Source: Candidatus Dadabacteria bacterium
GTDB taxonomy: Bacteria; Desulfobacterota_D; UBA1144; Nemesobacterales; JADFKM01
Reading direction: 5' to 3'
Length of the DNA stretch: 64,000 nt
NCBI GenBank assembly: GCA_022564935.1
Contig: JADFKM010000002.1
Span: 2,285 to 66,284 of the forward strand
The notes under the pieces were generated by a model that searched no databases, was not told where the DNA came from, and saw nothing but the letters and a program-made list of their open reading frames with translations. Within the stretch, counting starts at the first letter, position 1; every line of letters begins with the position of its first letter. The translations under genes were made by a program, and so were the position numbers. Below are positions 20,262-30,590 of this stretch, piece by piece.

Positions 20262-23200
20262 CTATCCCTTAGTACTCTCTGAGCCTTGAATGAGATCAAC
20301 ATCAAGTGCCAGAGCCTGAAGCTCCTTTTGCAGCACCTTAAAGGATTCGGGCAAACCCGGCTCAAAGCTCATGTCTCCTTTAACTATTGAATCAAATATC
20401 CGCGTCCTACCAACCACATCGTCCGATTTAACTGTAAGAAACTCCTGAAGTGTATAGGAAGCACCGTAAGCCTCCAGTGCCCATACTTCCATCTCGCCCA
20501 GCCTCTGTCCCCCGAAATGGGCCTTTCCGCCAAGCGGCTGCTGCGTGACCAGGGAATAGGGCCCGATCGCCCTGGCATGGATCTTCTCCTCGACGAGGTG
20601 ATGGAGCTTTAACATGTACATAACCCCGACCGTTACCTTCTGGTCGAAGGGCTCACCCGTGCGGCCGTCAAAAAGTATCGTCTTCCCATCAGTGGGTATG
20701 AAGGTAGTTTCAAGCATCTTCTTTATATCTTTTTCACTCGCCCCGTCAAACACCGGAGATGCTATCGGCACACCTTGGCTGAGCCTGCGAGCTATGTTGA
20801 TAATCTCCGTGTCATCAACCTCGTCCAAGGCCTTATCGACCACTTCAGTTCCATAAATATTCTTTAGCTTTTCACGAATGACGGACGGGCTGAAGTTGTT
20901 GTCAATGTACTCGCTGATTTGGGCTCCAAGCTCCTTGGCCGCCCATCCGAGATGGGTCTCGAGGATTTGACCTATGTTCATTCTCGAAGGCACGCCCAGA
21001 GGATTAAGCACCATGTCGACCGGGGTACCGTCCGGAAGATAGGGCATGTCCTCCTCGGGAACCATTTTGGAAATCACTCCCTTGTTCCCATGCCTGCCGG
21101 CCATCTTGTCGCCCACCTGAAGCTTCCTCTTAACGGCAACATAAACCTTAACGACCTTCAGTACGCCTGGGGGAAGCTCGTCGGGCTTAATAAGTTTTGA
21201 AATCTTCTCATCATAGACCCTCTTTATAAGCTCAATCTGGTCGTTGGCGTTCTCGATATTGTTCTTTATTTCAGCCTCTAGGACCTCACCGCCCATTATC
21301 GAAATATCGGCCAGCTTTTCGAAAGGAATTAAGGCCAAAGTCTCTTTCGTGATCACCTCAGACTTTTTCAAAACCGTTTTCCTGCTGACGGTGACCTTGC
21401 CTGCTGAGGTCTTGCCCAGGATGAGTAACTTGATACTGTCAATCGCGCTCTCTCGCAGAATCTTAATTTCATCCTCCCTGTCCTGCTTTAGCTGGGCAAT
21501 ATCATAATCTTCAATGCTCTTTGCCCTTTCATCTTTATCGACCATCCTGGAAATGAGCATCTTCACATCTATGACCGTACCGTTAACTCCGGGACCCGCC
21601 TTAAGGGAAGTGTCTTTAACGTCGCCCGCCTTGTCTCCAAATATAGCGCGCAGCAGTCTCTCCTCTGGGGAGAGCTGAGTCTCGCCCTTAGGCGATATCT
21701 TGCCCACGAGTATGTCTCCGGAGTTAACATCGGCTCCTACTCTGATGATTCCGCTTTCATCAAGGTTTCTAAGAGCCTCCTCGCCGACATTGGGGATATC
21801 CCTGGTAATTTCTTCCCGACCCATCTTGGTTTCCCTCGCTATACACTCGAACTCTTCGATATGGATGGAGGTGAATTTGTCTTCTTTGCTGACCTTTTCA
21901 CTTATGAGTATGGCGTCCTCGAAATTGTAGCCGCCCCACGGCATGAACGCGACCATGATATTTTGTCCGAGGGCCAGCTCCCCCTCATCGGTCGATGGGC
22001 CGTCGGCGATTACCTGCCCCATGTTTACCCTTTGCCCCTTAACCACAATGGGTCTTTGATTCCAGCAGGTGTTTTGGTTAGAACGCTGGAACTTGGTCAG
22101 ATTATATATGTCAACTCCGCCCTCTTCGCCGTTTTCATTCCGGCGTATGACCAATCTTGAAGCGTCGACATATTCTGCCACGCCGTCGGTTTTAGAAATC
22201 ACTGTTACGCCGGAATCCTTGGCCACCGTTCGCTCAAGCCCTGTGCCCACAAGGGGCGAGGAGGTACGAATAAGCGGAACCGCTTGTCGCTGCATATTAG
22301 ACCCCATAAGCGCCCTGTTGGCATCGTCGTGCTCAAGAAAAGGAATGAGTGAAGCCGAAACAGACACCAGCTGGGACGGGGACACGTCCATAAGCTGGAC
22401 GTTTTCCCTCGGGGTCATCAGGAACTCACCCTTGTGGCGGGTTGATACAAGGTCCAGCTTGAACCTTCCCTTCCCGTCGAGGGGAGCATTCGCCTGAGCT
22501 ATGATATAGTCTTCTTCTTCCAGGGCGTTCATATACACGATTTCTTCCGTCACCCTTGAGTTTTTAGCCACCCTGTAGGGAGTCAGTATGAACCCGTACT
22601 CATTTATCTTGGCGTAGGTGCTGAGACTGGAGATCAAGCCGATGTTCGGCCCTTCCGGCGTTTCGATCGGGCATATCCTTCCGTAGTGAGACGAGTGAAC
22701 GTCTCGAACCTCAAACCCCGCGCGCTCCCTGGTAAGACCCCCGGGCCCGAGGGCGCTAAGCCTCCTTTTGTGGGTTATCTCACTCAATGGGTTCGTCTGG
22801 TCCATAAACTGAGATAGCTGACCGGTAGCGAAAAACTCCTTCACGACGGCTATAACGGTTTTAGGGATGAGCAGCTCGCTGGGCATCAAATTTTCCACCG
22901 CCTGATAGCTCATCCTCTCTTTAACCGAGCGGGCAAGCCTTTCAAGGCCGTGATAAAAGCGGTCTTCAATCAACTCTCCCACGGTACGCACCCTTCTGTT
23001 ACCCAGGTGGTCTATATCATCTGTGGTTCCCCGGCCGCCTTTTAGGTTCAGGAGGTATTGAACCGTATATAAAATGTCCTCTTTGATCAGTGTAAGCAGA
23101 TCATCGGGGACGTTGTGGTTCAGCTTGTGGTTTATCTTTACCCGGCCGACCTTTGAGAGCCTGTAAGTGTCGGGATTGAAAAACATGTTGTTGAAAAATT

Positions 23201-24383
23201 TCTCGGCAACAGCTAGTGTAGGGGGGTCGGTCGGTCTGAATTTCTTGTAAATCTGGGTAATAGCTTCCTCGGTACTGCTGACTCTATCGGTAATGATAGT
23301 GTTTCTGAGAGATGCACTTACAGAGAGGTTGTCGATGAAGAAAACCTTGAACTCTCCTATGCCTTGAGAGACTAAGGCGTCGAGCACCTCCTGGGTAATC
23401 TCCTCGTTGAAATTGATCAAGACCTCCCCGGTGGTTTCGCTTACAATGTCTTGAGCCGCTACCCTGCCTATTAGGTCTTCAAGCTCAATTGCAATTCTAT
23501 CGATCTTAGATTCAATGAGTTTATCAATAGTGTTTTTTGTAAACTTCTTTCCCGCCTTTACCAAAAGGTCTCCGGTCTTAGGATCGACCGTATCTTTTGT
23601 AGCGCGCTGGTATGACAAAATATCGGCATCGACGCTTTTATATGCTTCTTTGCCGTCCAAGTACACCGTTTCAACGGGATAAAATTTGAGAAGAATTTCC
23701 TTTGTGCTGTAGCCAAGGGCTTTGAGAAGAACAGAGGCAGGGAACTTCTTTTTCCTGTCTATCCTCACCTGAAGGTGGTCTTTCGTATCAAACTCAAAAT
23801 CCAGCCAGCGACCGTCCTGGGGCACTATACGAGCAGAATAGGACGACTTTCCCAAGGCCTGATCTTTTTTTTGCTGGTCGAAAAACACTCCTGGAGAACG
23901 GTGAAGCTGGCTGACTATAACCCTTTCGGTTCCGTTGATGATAAATGCACCGTTTGAAGTCATAAGTGGGATCTCCCCGAAATAGACATCTTGTTCTTTG
24001 ACGTCCCGTATCATACGCTCACCGCCATCCTCAGATGGAGGATCCCATATGATCAGACGAAACTTAACATAAAGCGGCGCTACATAGGTGTAGCTCTTGA
24101 GCCGGCATTCAATCGAGTCGTATTTTGGCACGTCAAGACGGTAGCTGACGTACTCAAGGGAGGCTCGTTCATTGTAATCCTCAATCGGAAACACGGTTTG
24201 AAATGCCCGTTCAAGACCTTTATTGGTACGTTGAGTAACATCACTGTCTTCAAACTCGGCTTGAAGGAACTCTTTGTATGACTGCAGTTGAACTTCGAGG
24301 AGATGCGGTATTTCGAGCACCGAGGGAATCTTCCCAAAGCTCTTTCTCAGTTTATATGCCTCTATTCTGTTAAGACTCACCAC
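20262..24383 (-). CDS. rpoB: DNA-directed RNA polymerase subunit beta
   Basis: 1373 aa. Conserved GRHGNKGV and [13 protein letters not shown] blocks. Confidence 0.97.
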   Translation of the reverse strand: MVSLNRIEAYKLRKSFGKIPSVLEIPHLLEVQLQSYKEFLQAEFEDSDVTQRTNKGLERAFQTVFPIEDYNERASLEYVSYRLDVPKYDSIECRLKSYTYVAPLYVKFRLIIWDPPSEDGGERMIRDVKEQDVYFGEIPLMTSNGAFIINGTERVIVSQLHRSPGVFFDQQKKDQALGKSSYSARIVPQDGRWLDFEFDTKDHLQVRIDRKKKFPASVLLKALGYSTKEILLKFYPVETVYLDGKEAYKSVDADILSYQRATKDTVDPKTGDLLVKAGKKFTKNTIDKLIESKIDRIAIELEDLIGRVAAQDIVSETTGEVLINFNEEITQEVLDALVSQGIGEFKVFFIDNLSVSASLRNTIITDRVSSTEEAITQIYKKFRPTDPPTLAVAEKFFNNMFFNPDTYRLSKVGRVKINHKLNHNVPDDLLTLIKEDILYTVQYLLNLKGGRGTTDDIDHLGNRRVRTVGELIEDRFYHGLERLARSVKERMSYQAVENLMPSELLIPKTVIAVVKEFFATGQLSQFMDQTNPLSEITHKRRLSALGPGGLTRERAGFEVRDVHSSHYGRICPIETPEGPNIGLISSLSTYAKINEYGFILTPYRVAKNSRVTEEIVYMNALEEEDYIIAQANAPLDGKGRFKLDLVSTRHKGEFLMTPRENVQLMDVSPSQLVSVSASLIPFLEHDDANRALMGSNMQRQAVPLIRTSSPLVGTGLERTVAKDSGVTVISKTDGVAEYVDASRLVIRRNENGEEGGVDIYNLTKFQRSNQNTCWNQRPIVVKGQRVNMGQVIADGPSTDEGELALGQNIMVAFMPWGGYNFEDAILISEKVSKEDKFTSIHIEEFECIARETKMGREEITRDIPNVGEEALRNLDESGIIRVGADVNSGDILVGKISPKGETQLSPEERLLRAIFGDKAGDVKDTSLKAGPGVNGTVIDVKMLISRMVDKDERAKSIEDYDIAQLKQDREDEIKILRESAIDSIKLLILGKTSAGKVTVSRKTVLKKSEVITKETLALIPFEKLADISIMGGEVLEAEIKNNIENANDQIELIKRVYDEKISKLIKPDELPPGVLKVVKVYVAVKRKLQVGDKMAGRHGNKGVISKMVPEEDMPYLPDGTPVDMVLNPLGVPSRMNIGQILETHLGWAAKELGAQISEYIDNNFSPSVIREKLKNIYGTEVVDKALDEVDDTEIINIARRLSQGVPIASPVFDGASEKDIKKMLETTFIPTDGKTILFDGRTGEPFDQKVTVGVMYMLKLHHLVEEKIHARAIGPYSLVTQQPLGGKAHFGGQRLGEMEVWALEAYGASYTLQEFLTVKSDDVVGRTRIFDSIVKGDMSFEPGLPESFKVLQKELQALALDVDLIQGSESTKG

Positions 24384-24518
24384 TCTCTACCCCCTTTGCG
24401 CTGTTTCATATCAAAAAGGCCGAAATTAAAGGAATCCCTTACAAGGAAGGGGCATAGTTCCCCTACCAAGCAACGGCTTTAATCACGTGCGGTAATGACG
24501 TTGTATCAAAACCTCGAA

Positions 24519-24908
24519 CTATTTTAATTCTACTTTAGCTCCCGCCGACTCCAATTTTTGCTTCATCTCTTCAGCTTCTTCTTTCTTCAAGCCTTCTTTA
24601 ATGGTATTCGGAGCGCCTTCGACCAGCTCCTTAGCGTCCTTGAGTCCAAGAGAAGTCATTCCTCGCACGGCCTTGATGACCTGTATCTTGTTGTCGCCGA
24701 TCTCTGAGAGCACCAGATCAAACTCATCCTTCTCAGGGACGGCACCTTCGGTTTCAGTCCCCACACCGGGCCCTGCAGGCATCATACTGATTTGAGGAGC
24801 GGCTTTAATATCAAACTTTTCCTCAATCTCCTTAACCAGCTCCGAGACCTCAAGTATTGTAGCCTTTTCAAGGTAAGAGATAACGTCTTCTCTAGTTGTA
24901 TTGGCCAT
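24519..24908 (-). CDS. rplL: 50S ribosomal protein L7/L12
   Basis: 129 aa. The C-terminal domain [24 protein letters not shown] is typical of L7/L12. Confidence 0.95.
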   Translation of the reverse strand: MANTTREDVISYLEKATILEVSELVKEIEEKFDIKAAPQISMMPAGPGVGTETEGAVPEKDEFDLVLSEIGDNKIQVIKAVRGMTSLGLKDAKELVEGAPNTIKEGLKKEEAEEMKQKLESAGAKVELK

Positions 24909-24984
24909 AACCTCAACCTCCTTTGCGGTTATTAAGTATTTGGTTTAGACGAAGAAAGAAAATCATCATACGGCTTCTAATTAC

Positions 24985-25521
24985 CTAACCAGCGTTTTCT
25001 TCCTTCTCTTTTTTTTCCTTTAAAGCACCTAAGGCGTCTAGAAGCTTGGTTTGAGTTTGCCTCAAAGCCCCCAGGAAATTCGACACGGGAGAGCAAAGAA
25101 GCCCCATAAACTGCGCTAGAAGAACCTCCTTAGAGGGCAACTTGGAAATCTCCTCGATTTCCTCTACCGTAACTGCCATACCGTCTATTATTCCACCTTT
25201 AAGCACGATCGCCGGAAGCTCCTTTTTCGATTCGGTAATCACTTTGGCAACCGGGGAGGGCTCGCCTTTTACTATAGCAATAGCCGTGGGGCCGACAAAC
25301 AGGTCATGGAGTTTTTCCACATCCGTATCCTTGGAGGCAATCTTTAGGAGGGAGTTTTTGACCACCTTCAACTCGCCCTCGGCCCGCTTAAGATTCCTCC
25401 TTACAAGCTCAATCTCCTTTACGGTAAGTCCTTTGTACTCCAGCACGAAAAGAGACGGATTTGTTTTGAAGGCCTCATTAAACTCCTTTACCAACTCCTC
25501 CTTTGCAACTCTAGACAGCAT
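24985..25521 (-). CDS. rplJ: 50S ribosomal protein L10
   Basis: 178 aa, positioned between rplA and rplL, with L10-like sequence. Confidence 0.9.
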   Translation of the reverse strand: MLSRVAKEELVKEFNEAFKTNPSLFVLEYKGLTVKEIELVRRNLKRAEGELKVVKNSLLKIASKDTDVEKLHDLFVGPTAIAIVKGEPSPVAKVITESKKELPAIVLKGGIIDGMAVTVEEIEEISKLPSKEVLLAQFMGLLCSPVSNFLGALRQTQTKLLDALGALKEKKEKEENAG

Positions 25522-25597
25522 TGGTCAGCTCCTTGGAACCTGGATAATTGATATTACGCATCAAAAATTCATCTATTATCAATACTGCGCCAACAAC

Positions 25598-26320
25598 CTA
25601 CGCGGCCAGTTCAAACCCCTTTAAAGATTCGCGAACACTAGTCAGGTCAACCTTAATCCCCGGGCCCATAGTCGAAGAAATCACTATTTTTCTAAGGAAA
25701 ACCCCCTTTGATGCGGGCGGTTTCCTTTTGGTCAGCGTGTCGATGAATACCAGGAAGTTATCCCTCAACTTCTCGGGGCCGAAAGACAACTTGCCGATAG
25801 GCACATGAATGACTCCGCCTTTATCGTTCCTCATTTCAATTCTTCCGGCTTTGGCCTCGGTAACCGCGTTCTGTACTTCAAATGTAACGGAGCCGACTTT
25901 GGGGCTTGGCATAAGGCCCCTAGGCCCCAGAACCTTGCCCAGCTTGGCGACAATTGACATTACGTCAGGAGTGGCTATAGCAACATCAAAATCAAGCCAG
26001 TTCTCGTTTAATATTTTCTCGACAAGATCTTCGGCTCCCACGAAATCGGCTCCGCTGCGCTCCGCCTCGGCCGCCTTGTCTCCCTTGGCAAACACCGCTA
26101 CCCTGATTTCCTTTCCAATGCCGTGAGGAAGAACCATTGCATTCCTGATCTGCTGCTCAGCATGTCTGGGATCAATACCCAGCTTTACCGCAACCTCAAC
26201 GGTTTCATCGAACTTGGCTACACCGGTCTCGACAAGAAGAGCCATAGCCTCCGTTACGGGGTAGAATTTTAGCAAATCCACTTTACTTCTGGCTTCTATG
26301 TATTTCTTTCCTTTTGCCAT
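25598..26320 (-). CDS. rplA: 50S ribosomal protein L1
   Basis: Start at [10 protein letters not shown] (ATG 26320). Conserved PHGIGK and GPRGLMP blocks. Confidence 0.93.
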   Translation of the reverse strand: MAKGKKYIEARSKVDLLKFYPVTEAMALLVETGVAKFDETVEVAVKLGIDPRHAEQQIRNAMVLPHGIGKEIRVAVFAKGDKAAEAERSGADFVGAEDLVEKILNENWLDFDVAIATPDVMSIVAKLGKVLGPRGLMPSPKVGSVTFEVQNAVTEAKAGRIEMRNDKGGVIHVPIGKLSFGPEKLRDNFLVFIDTLTKRKPPASKGVFLRKIVISSTMGPGIKVDLTSVRESLKGFELAA

Positions 26321-26397
26321 GCTTCTCTGTCTCCTCAACACTCCCTTGCTTGCTTAAAACTCAAAGCTCACAGAAGATTCAATACTACGGGCTACGT

Positions 26398-26814
26398 TTA
26401 TGTGACATCTATGCCCATGCTCTTTGCCGTGCCCAACACAATATTTACAGCAGCTTCAATATCTTCGGTATTGAGATCGGTGAGTTTTGTTTTCGCTATC
26501 TCCTTTACCTGATCCGGTGTAACATTGCCGGCTTTTACCCTTGGAACGTCCCCGGAGCCCTTATCCAAACCCGCAGCCTTTTTCAGCAGGTACGAGACCG
26601 GAGGGGTCTTAATAATATATGAAAATGACCTGTCTGCATATACGGTGACTATCACAGGAAATACCCCCTCGTTCTTTGAGGTCTCGGCGTTAAAAGCCTT
26701 GCAAAACTCCATTATGTTGACTCCCTTTTGTCCCAGCGCGGGACCCACTGGAGGCGAGGGTGTCGCCTTGCCCGCTTCAACCAGGAGTTTGATCTTACCA
26801 ATCTCTTTTTTCAT
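26398..26814 (-). CDS. rplK: 50S ribosomal protein L11
   Basis: Start at [29 protein letters not shown] (ATG 26814), directly after the nusG stop. Confidence 0.93.
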   Translation of the reverse strand: MKKEIGKIKLLVEAGKATPSPPVGPALGQKGVNIMEFCKAFNAETSKNEGVFPVIVTVYADRSFSYIIKTPPVSYLLKKAAGLDKGSGDVPRVKAGNVTPDQVKEIAKTKLTDLNTEDIEAAVNIVLGTAKSMGIDVT

Positions 26815-26815
26815 T

Positions 26816-27373
26816 TCAAGTCTTCTCCACCTGAGTAAAATCCAATTGTATCGGAGTCGTTCTGCCAAATATCGTAACCATTACCTTCACCATGGCCTTA
26901 TCGAAATTAACGTCATCGATTACGCCTGAGAAATTAGCAAACGGGCCTTCTATAACTTTTATTGTCTCCCCCTTCTCAAAGCTAACCCTCGGTTTCGGCT
27001 TCAGCGTACCCTCTTCAACCTGAGTCTTAATCTTATCGATTTCGCTTTCCTCGATAACGGGCACGGAACCGGTGTCTATCTTGCCGTCTTTGAGTTTCCC
27101 TCCTACAAAACCTATCACCTTAGGTATATCGCGTATAAAATGCCATGTAACCTCATTCAGCTCCATGTTAACCAATATATATCCGGGGAAGAATTTTCTT
27201 TTTGATATCTTTTTTTTCCCGCCCTTGATCGGCTCGACTACGGTTTCGGTCGGTATAAGAACCTCCTCCACATCTGCCCCGAGTCCCTCCATCTTCAACT
27301 TTTCTTCAATATAAGACTTTACCTTATCCTCAAAACCCGTATTCGTATGAACCACATACCACTTTTTCGACAT
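26816..27373 (-). CDS. nusG: Transcription termination/antitermination factor NusG
   Basis: [10 protein letters not shown] is an NGN-domain start; a C-terminal KOW motif is present ([10 protein letters not shown]). Canonical secE-nusG-rplK context. Confidence 0.93.
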   Translation of the reverse strand: MSKKWYVVHTNTGFEDKVKSYIEEKLKMEGLGADVEEVLIPTETVVEPIKGGKKKISKRKFFPGYILVNMELNEVTWHFIRDIPKVIGFVGGKLKDGKIDTGSVPVIEESEIDKIKTQVEEGTLKPKPRVSFEKGETIKVIEGPFANFSGVIDDVNFDKAMVKVMVTIFGRTTPIQLDFTQVEKT

Positions 27374-27396
27374 GATTATTTAAATCTCCACTTCAC

Positions 27397-27600
27397 TCAT
27401 CCAAGCAAGACCTTAACGGCCATGGAAAAAATAAAATCAATAAATCCCAGGAATCCCGCCAAAATGATGGATATCACGATCACGGCCCCGGTAGAGCGCA
27501 CCGTTTCTTTCCAGGCGGGCCATGAAATACGTTTGAGCTCCAAATTGATGTCCTTGAAGAACTGTGTTATTAAATCAATTAATTCTCCGAACTTATTCAT
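27397..27600 (-). CDS. secE: Preprotein translocase subunit SecE (single-TM form)
   Basis: 67 aa. ELKRISWPAWKETVRSTGAVIVISIILAGF matches the SecE core. Canonical position upstream of nusG. Confidence 0.85.
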   Translation of the reverse strand: MNKFGELIDLITQFFKDINLELKRISWPAWKETVRSTGAVIVISIILAGFLGFIDFIFSMAVKVLLG

Positions 27601-27614
27601 GATTGTTTCATTTT

Positions 27615-27688
27615 CAGGGCAGGAGGGAATCGAACCCCCAACCGCTGGATTTGGAGTCCAGTGCTCTGCCTAATTGAGCTACTGCCCT
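27615..27688 (-). tRNA. tRNA-Trp (anticodon CCA)
   Basis: Minus-strand sequence agggcag...ctgga-CTCCAAA-tccag...ggttcgattcc...ctgccct folds as a cloverleaf. The 3' CCA is not encoded. Confidence 0.9.
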
Positions 27689-27787
27689 TAACCTTTACGT
27701 AATATATTATTTCGAGTCCATGCCCGCTAAATTAAATCCCTCACTAATCTATTTCTCTCTCGCTCTTTGGTGAATATAACCGGCACT

Positions 27788-28972
27788 TTACTCGATAATC
27801 TTTGTGACGACCCCGGCTCCAACTGTCCTGCCCCCTTCTCTCACGGCGAACCGCAGCCCCTCTTCCATCGCCACAGAAGATATTATGTCCACTTCCATCT
27901 GAATGTTGTCCCCAGGCATGACCATCTCTACTCCTTCCGGCAGGTGTATCTGCCCCGTGACATCCGTGGTGCGAAGGTAAAACTGCGGCCTGTACCCATT
28001 GAAAAACGGCGTGTGCCTGCCCCCCTCTTCCTTCTTCAGCACATACACCTCAGCGTTGAACTTCTTATACGGCGTTATGCTCCCTGGTAGAGCAAGCACC
28101 TGACCGCGCTCCACCTCGTCCTTGTCGACTCCGCGCAACAAAACGCCCGCGTTGTCCCCGGCCACCAGCTCGTCGAGTACCTTCCTGAACATCTCCAAAC
28201 TGGTTGCCACCGTCTTGCGGGTCTCGGCAAACCCCACTATCTCTACATCGGCTCCGGCTTTTATCGTGCCCCTCTCCACTCGGCCCGTCACCACAGTGCC
28301 GCGCCCCGATATCGTAAACACGTCCTCTATGGCCATCAAAAACGGCCTGTCCACCTCACGCTTAGGCTCGGGTATGTACTCATCTACCTTGCTCATCAGC
28401 TCAAGTACCCCGTGGTCTTCCTTGCCCCCAGACTCAAGCGTCTTTAGCGCACTTACCCTTACCACAGGTATGTCATCTCCGGGGAACCCGTACTCGGTCA
28501 ACAGATCCCTTACCTCCAGATCCACAAGCTCCAGCAGCTCCTCGTCTTCCATCATGTCTACCTTGTTCAAACACACTACCATCGACGGCACTCCCACCTG
28601 ACGAGAGAGCAATATGTGCTCGCGGGTCTGGGGCATCGGCCCGTCGGGAGCGCTCACCACCAGAATCGCCCCGTCCATCTGAGCCGCTCCCGTTATCATG
28701 TTCTTGATATAGTCGGCGTGCCCCGGACAGTCCACATGGGCGTAGTGACGCTTCTCAGTCTCATACTCAACGTGCGCTATGTTTATCGTTATCCCCCGCT
28801 CTCTCTCCTCCGGGGCCTTGTCTATCTCGTCAAAATCCACAAGCTCAGCCATGCCCTGCCTGGCAAGCACAGCAGTTATGGCCGAGGTCAGCGTGGTCTT
28901 GCCGTGGTCCACGTGCCCTATCGTCCCTATGTTTAAATGAGGCTTCCCTCTCTGAAATTTCTTTTTTGCCAT
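27788..28972 (-). CDS. tuf: Elongation factor Tu
   Basis: 394 aa. [18 protein letters not shown] and NKVD G-motifs. Confidence 0.98.
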   Translation of the reverse strand: MAKKKFQRGKPHLNIGTIGHVDHGKTTLTSAITAVLARQGMAELVDFDEIDKAPEERERGITINIAHVEYETEKRHYAHVDCPGHADYIKNMITGAAQMDGAILVVSAPDGPMPQTREHILLSRQVGVPSMVVCLNKVDMMEDEELLELVDLEVRDLLTEYGFPGDDIPVVRVSALKTLESGGKEDHGVLELMSKVDEYIPEPKREVDRPFLMAIEDVFTISGRGTVVTGRVERGTIKAGADVEIVGFAETRKTVATSLEMFRKVLDELVAGDNAGVLLRGVDKDEVERGQVLALPGSITPYKKFNAEVYVLKKEEGGRHTPFFNGYRPQFYLRTTDVTGQIHLPEGVEMVMPGDNIQMEVDIISSVAMEEGLRFAVREGGRTVGAGVVTKIIE

Positions 28973-29020
28973 CTAGCCTTGCCCTCCTGATTCGTTCTCA
29001 CCCGATGGTCACAACCGTTG

Positions 29021-29096
29021 TGGAGCCCACGAGCGGACTCGAACCGCTGACCTCATCCTTACCAAGGATGTGCTCTACCGACTGAGCTACATGGGC
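29021..29096 (-). tRNA. tRNA-Thr (anticodon GGU)
   Basis: 76 nt. gcccatg acceptor stem, anticodon loop TTGGTAA, T-loop ggttcgagtcc, CCA encoded. Confidence 0.92.
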
Positions 29097-29106
29097 CCTA
29101 GGTCCC

Positions 29107-29183
29107 TGGAGCGGGAGACGGGATTCGAACCCGCGACCCTCAGCTTGGAAGGCTGATGCTCTAGCCAACTGAGCTACTCCCGC
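29107..29183 (-). tRNA. tRNA-Gly (anticodon UCC)
   Basis: 77 nt. Anticodon stem-loop tcagc-CTTCCAA-gctga, T-loop ggttcgaatcc, CCA encoded. Confidence 0.92.
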
Positions 29184-29250
29184 AAATCTCACGTTTAGTA
29201 AAGGGGTAGGAGTACCATCCATTTTTGATATAATATTCTTAAAGTTCATG

Positions 29251-29336
29251 TGGTGGGGATGGCAGGATTCGAACCTACGTAGGCGTAAGCCGGCAGATTT
29301 ACAGTCTGCTGCCTTTGTCCACTCGGCCACATCCCC
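29251..29336 (-). tRNA. tRNA-Tyr (anticodon GUA)
   Basis: 86 nt with a long variable arm. Anticodon stem-loop gcaga-CTGTAAA-tctgc, CCA encoded. Confidence 0.92.
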
Positions 29337-29389
29337 TAATATGTGACATTTTGGTATTTGTGCGCTACGGTAATACATATCTTTCAACA

Positions 29390-29464
29390 TGGAGCTGGCG
29401 AAGGGATTTGAACCCCCGACCTGCTGATTACAAGTCAGCTGCTCTACCACTGAGCTACGCCAGC
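29390..29464 (-). tRNA. tRNA-Thr (anticodon UGU)
   Basis: 75 nt. Anticodon stem-loop gctga-CTTGTAA-tcagc, T-loop ggttcaaatcc, CCA encoded. Confidence 0.92.
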
Positions 29465-29521
29465 TACAGATTTGAGGTATAGAGGATATAGGTCGTAGAA
29501 CTCCATAACACGAAGCTAATT

Positions 29522-29551
29522 ATTATAGCATATTTTAATGAAATAAGTCAA
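29522..29551 (-). promoter_or_regulatory. Near-consensus sigma70-type promoter for the tRNA(Thr-Tyr-Gly-Thr)-tuf transcription unit
   Basis: The minus strand reads TTGACT-18 nt-TATAAT, preceded by an A/T-rich UP-like tract, about 55 nt upstream of the first tRNA. Confidence 0.5.
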
Positions 29552-29580
29552 ACAATTAGTTAAACAAATTTTTATCGCAC

Positions 29581-30012
29581 CTAAAACACCGAAGCCATGA
29601 TGTTGGCAGTGGCCACCTTCTCTTTCTCCACCCTGGCAATTCCCTGAAGTATCCACATCTTGGCTCTGCTCCTGAGTATTTGCACTTCAAACTCAACTTC
29701 GTCTCCTGGGCTGACCGGTTTTCTGAACCGCACTTTATCGATACCTACAAGTGCGGGGCCCTTGTCCCTCAGTTCTTCCGGGTTCGATTTGCAAACTAAT
29801 ATCCCCCCTACCTGCGCCATAGCCTCTACGATAATCACGCCCGGAACCACCGGGTTTGAGGGAAAATGTCCGCGAAAGAAATCCTCTTCGGCTCTAAAAA
29901 GCCTCCGGGCCACGATACTTTTTCCCGGCTCGATTTTAACCACACTGTCGACAAATAAAAACGGCTCTCTATGGGGAATGTACTCTTTAATATCATCTAT
30001 ATCCATTATCAT
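29581..30012 (-). CDS. fabZ: 3-hydroxyacyl-ACP dehydratase FabZ
   Basis: IPHREPFLFVDSV, HFPSNPVVPGV and IVEAMAQ hot-dog motifs. Start set at MIMDIDD (30012, or 30006) so that it does not overlap skp. Confidence 0.9.
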   Translation of the reverse strand: MIMDIDDIKEYIPHREPFLFVDSVVKIEPGKSIVARRLFRAEEDFFRGHFPSNPVVPGVIIVEAMAQVGGILVCKSNPEELRDKGPALVGIDKVRFRKPVSPGDEVEFEVQILRSRAKMWILQGIARVEKEKVATANIMASVF

Positions 30013-30053
30013 AAATGCACCCGAATCACCTCTATGGGTATCTAGAGGGCAGA

Positions 30054-30569
30054 TCACTTCTTTGAATCATACTCTTTGATTATATCATCTGTAATATCGG
30101 CCTCTTTTGACCCATATACCACTCCCCCCTCGGTCTTTTCAAGAACTATAGTATAGCCCTTATCATCACCGTACTTTTTCAGCACCTTCTCTACATCTCT
30201 AAGTATTTTCTCGGTTAGCTCAAAATCTTTCTTCTGGAGCTCTTCACGGAAATCCGCCCGCATCCTCTTCAGCTCTTTCTCTTTCTTTTCTATGTCCTCG
30301 GCCAATCTTTTCCTGGACTCATTGTCCATAATGCCTTCCTTGGAAAAGAACTGCTTTTTCAGTTTATCGACAGCGGCCTGTTTCTGGTCAATGATGGCCT
30401 TTCTTTTGTTGAAATCCCTCTCAAAAGCGTCTTTAGCCCTTCTGCCGGCCTTTGAATCTCTGATAACACGCTGGATGTCTAAATACCCTACCTTGGGTGC
30501 CGATTGGGCGTAGCACACGCCGACCATTAACAAAACAATGCCAAATGTGAATGACAAAACCCTTTTCAT
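30054..30569 (-). CDS. skp: Periplasmic chaperone Skp/OmpH family
   Basis: 171 aa. Signal peptide, then a K/E-rich coiled coil. Canonical position after bamA. Confidence 0.8.
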   Translation of the reverse strand: MKRVLSFTFGIVLLMVGVCYAQSAPKVGYLDIQRVIRDSKAGRRAKDAFERDFNKRKAIIDQKQAAVDKLKKQFFSKEGIMDNESRKRLAEDIEKKEKELKRMRADFREELQKKDFELTEKILRDVEKVLKKYGDDKGYTIVLEKTEGGVVYGSKEADITDDIIKEYDSKK

Positions 30570-30590
30570 TAATTCTAAACCCCCTGGTTT

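Noticed and set aside
24384-24518. Possible rplL-rpoB attenuator hairpin (AGGGG-AACTATG-CCCCT on the mRNA strand)
   Set aside because: The stem is only 5 bp and no U-tract follows. That is insufficient to call a terminator or attenuator.
28998-29450. 150-aa minus-strand ORF in the track
   Set aside because: It lies entirely across four well-formed tRNA genes (Thr, Gly, Tyr, Thr). Its translation is just tRNA sequence read as codons.
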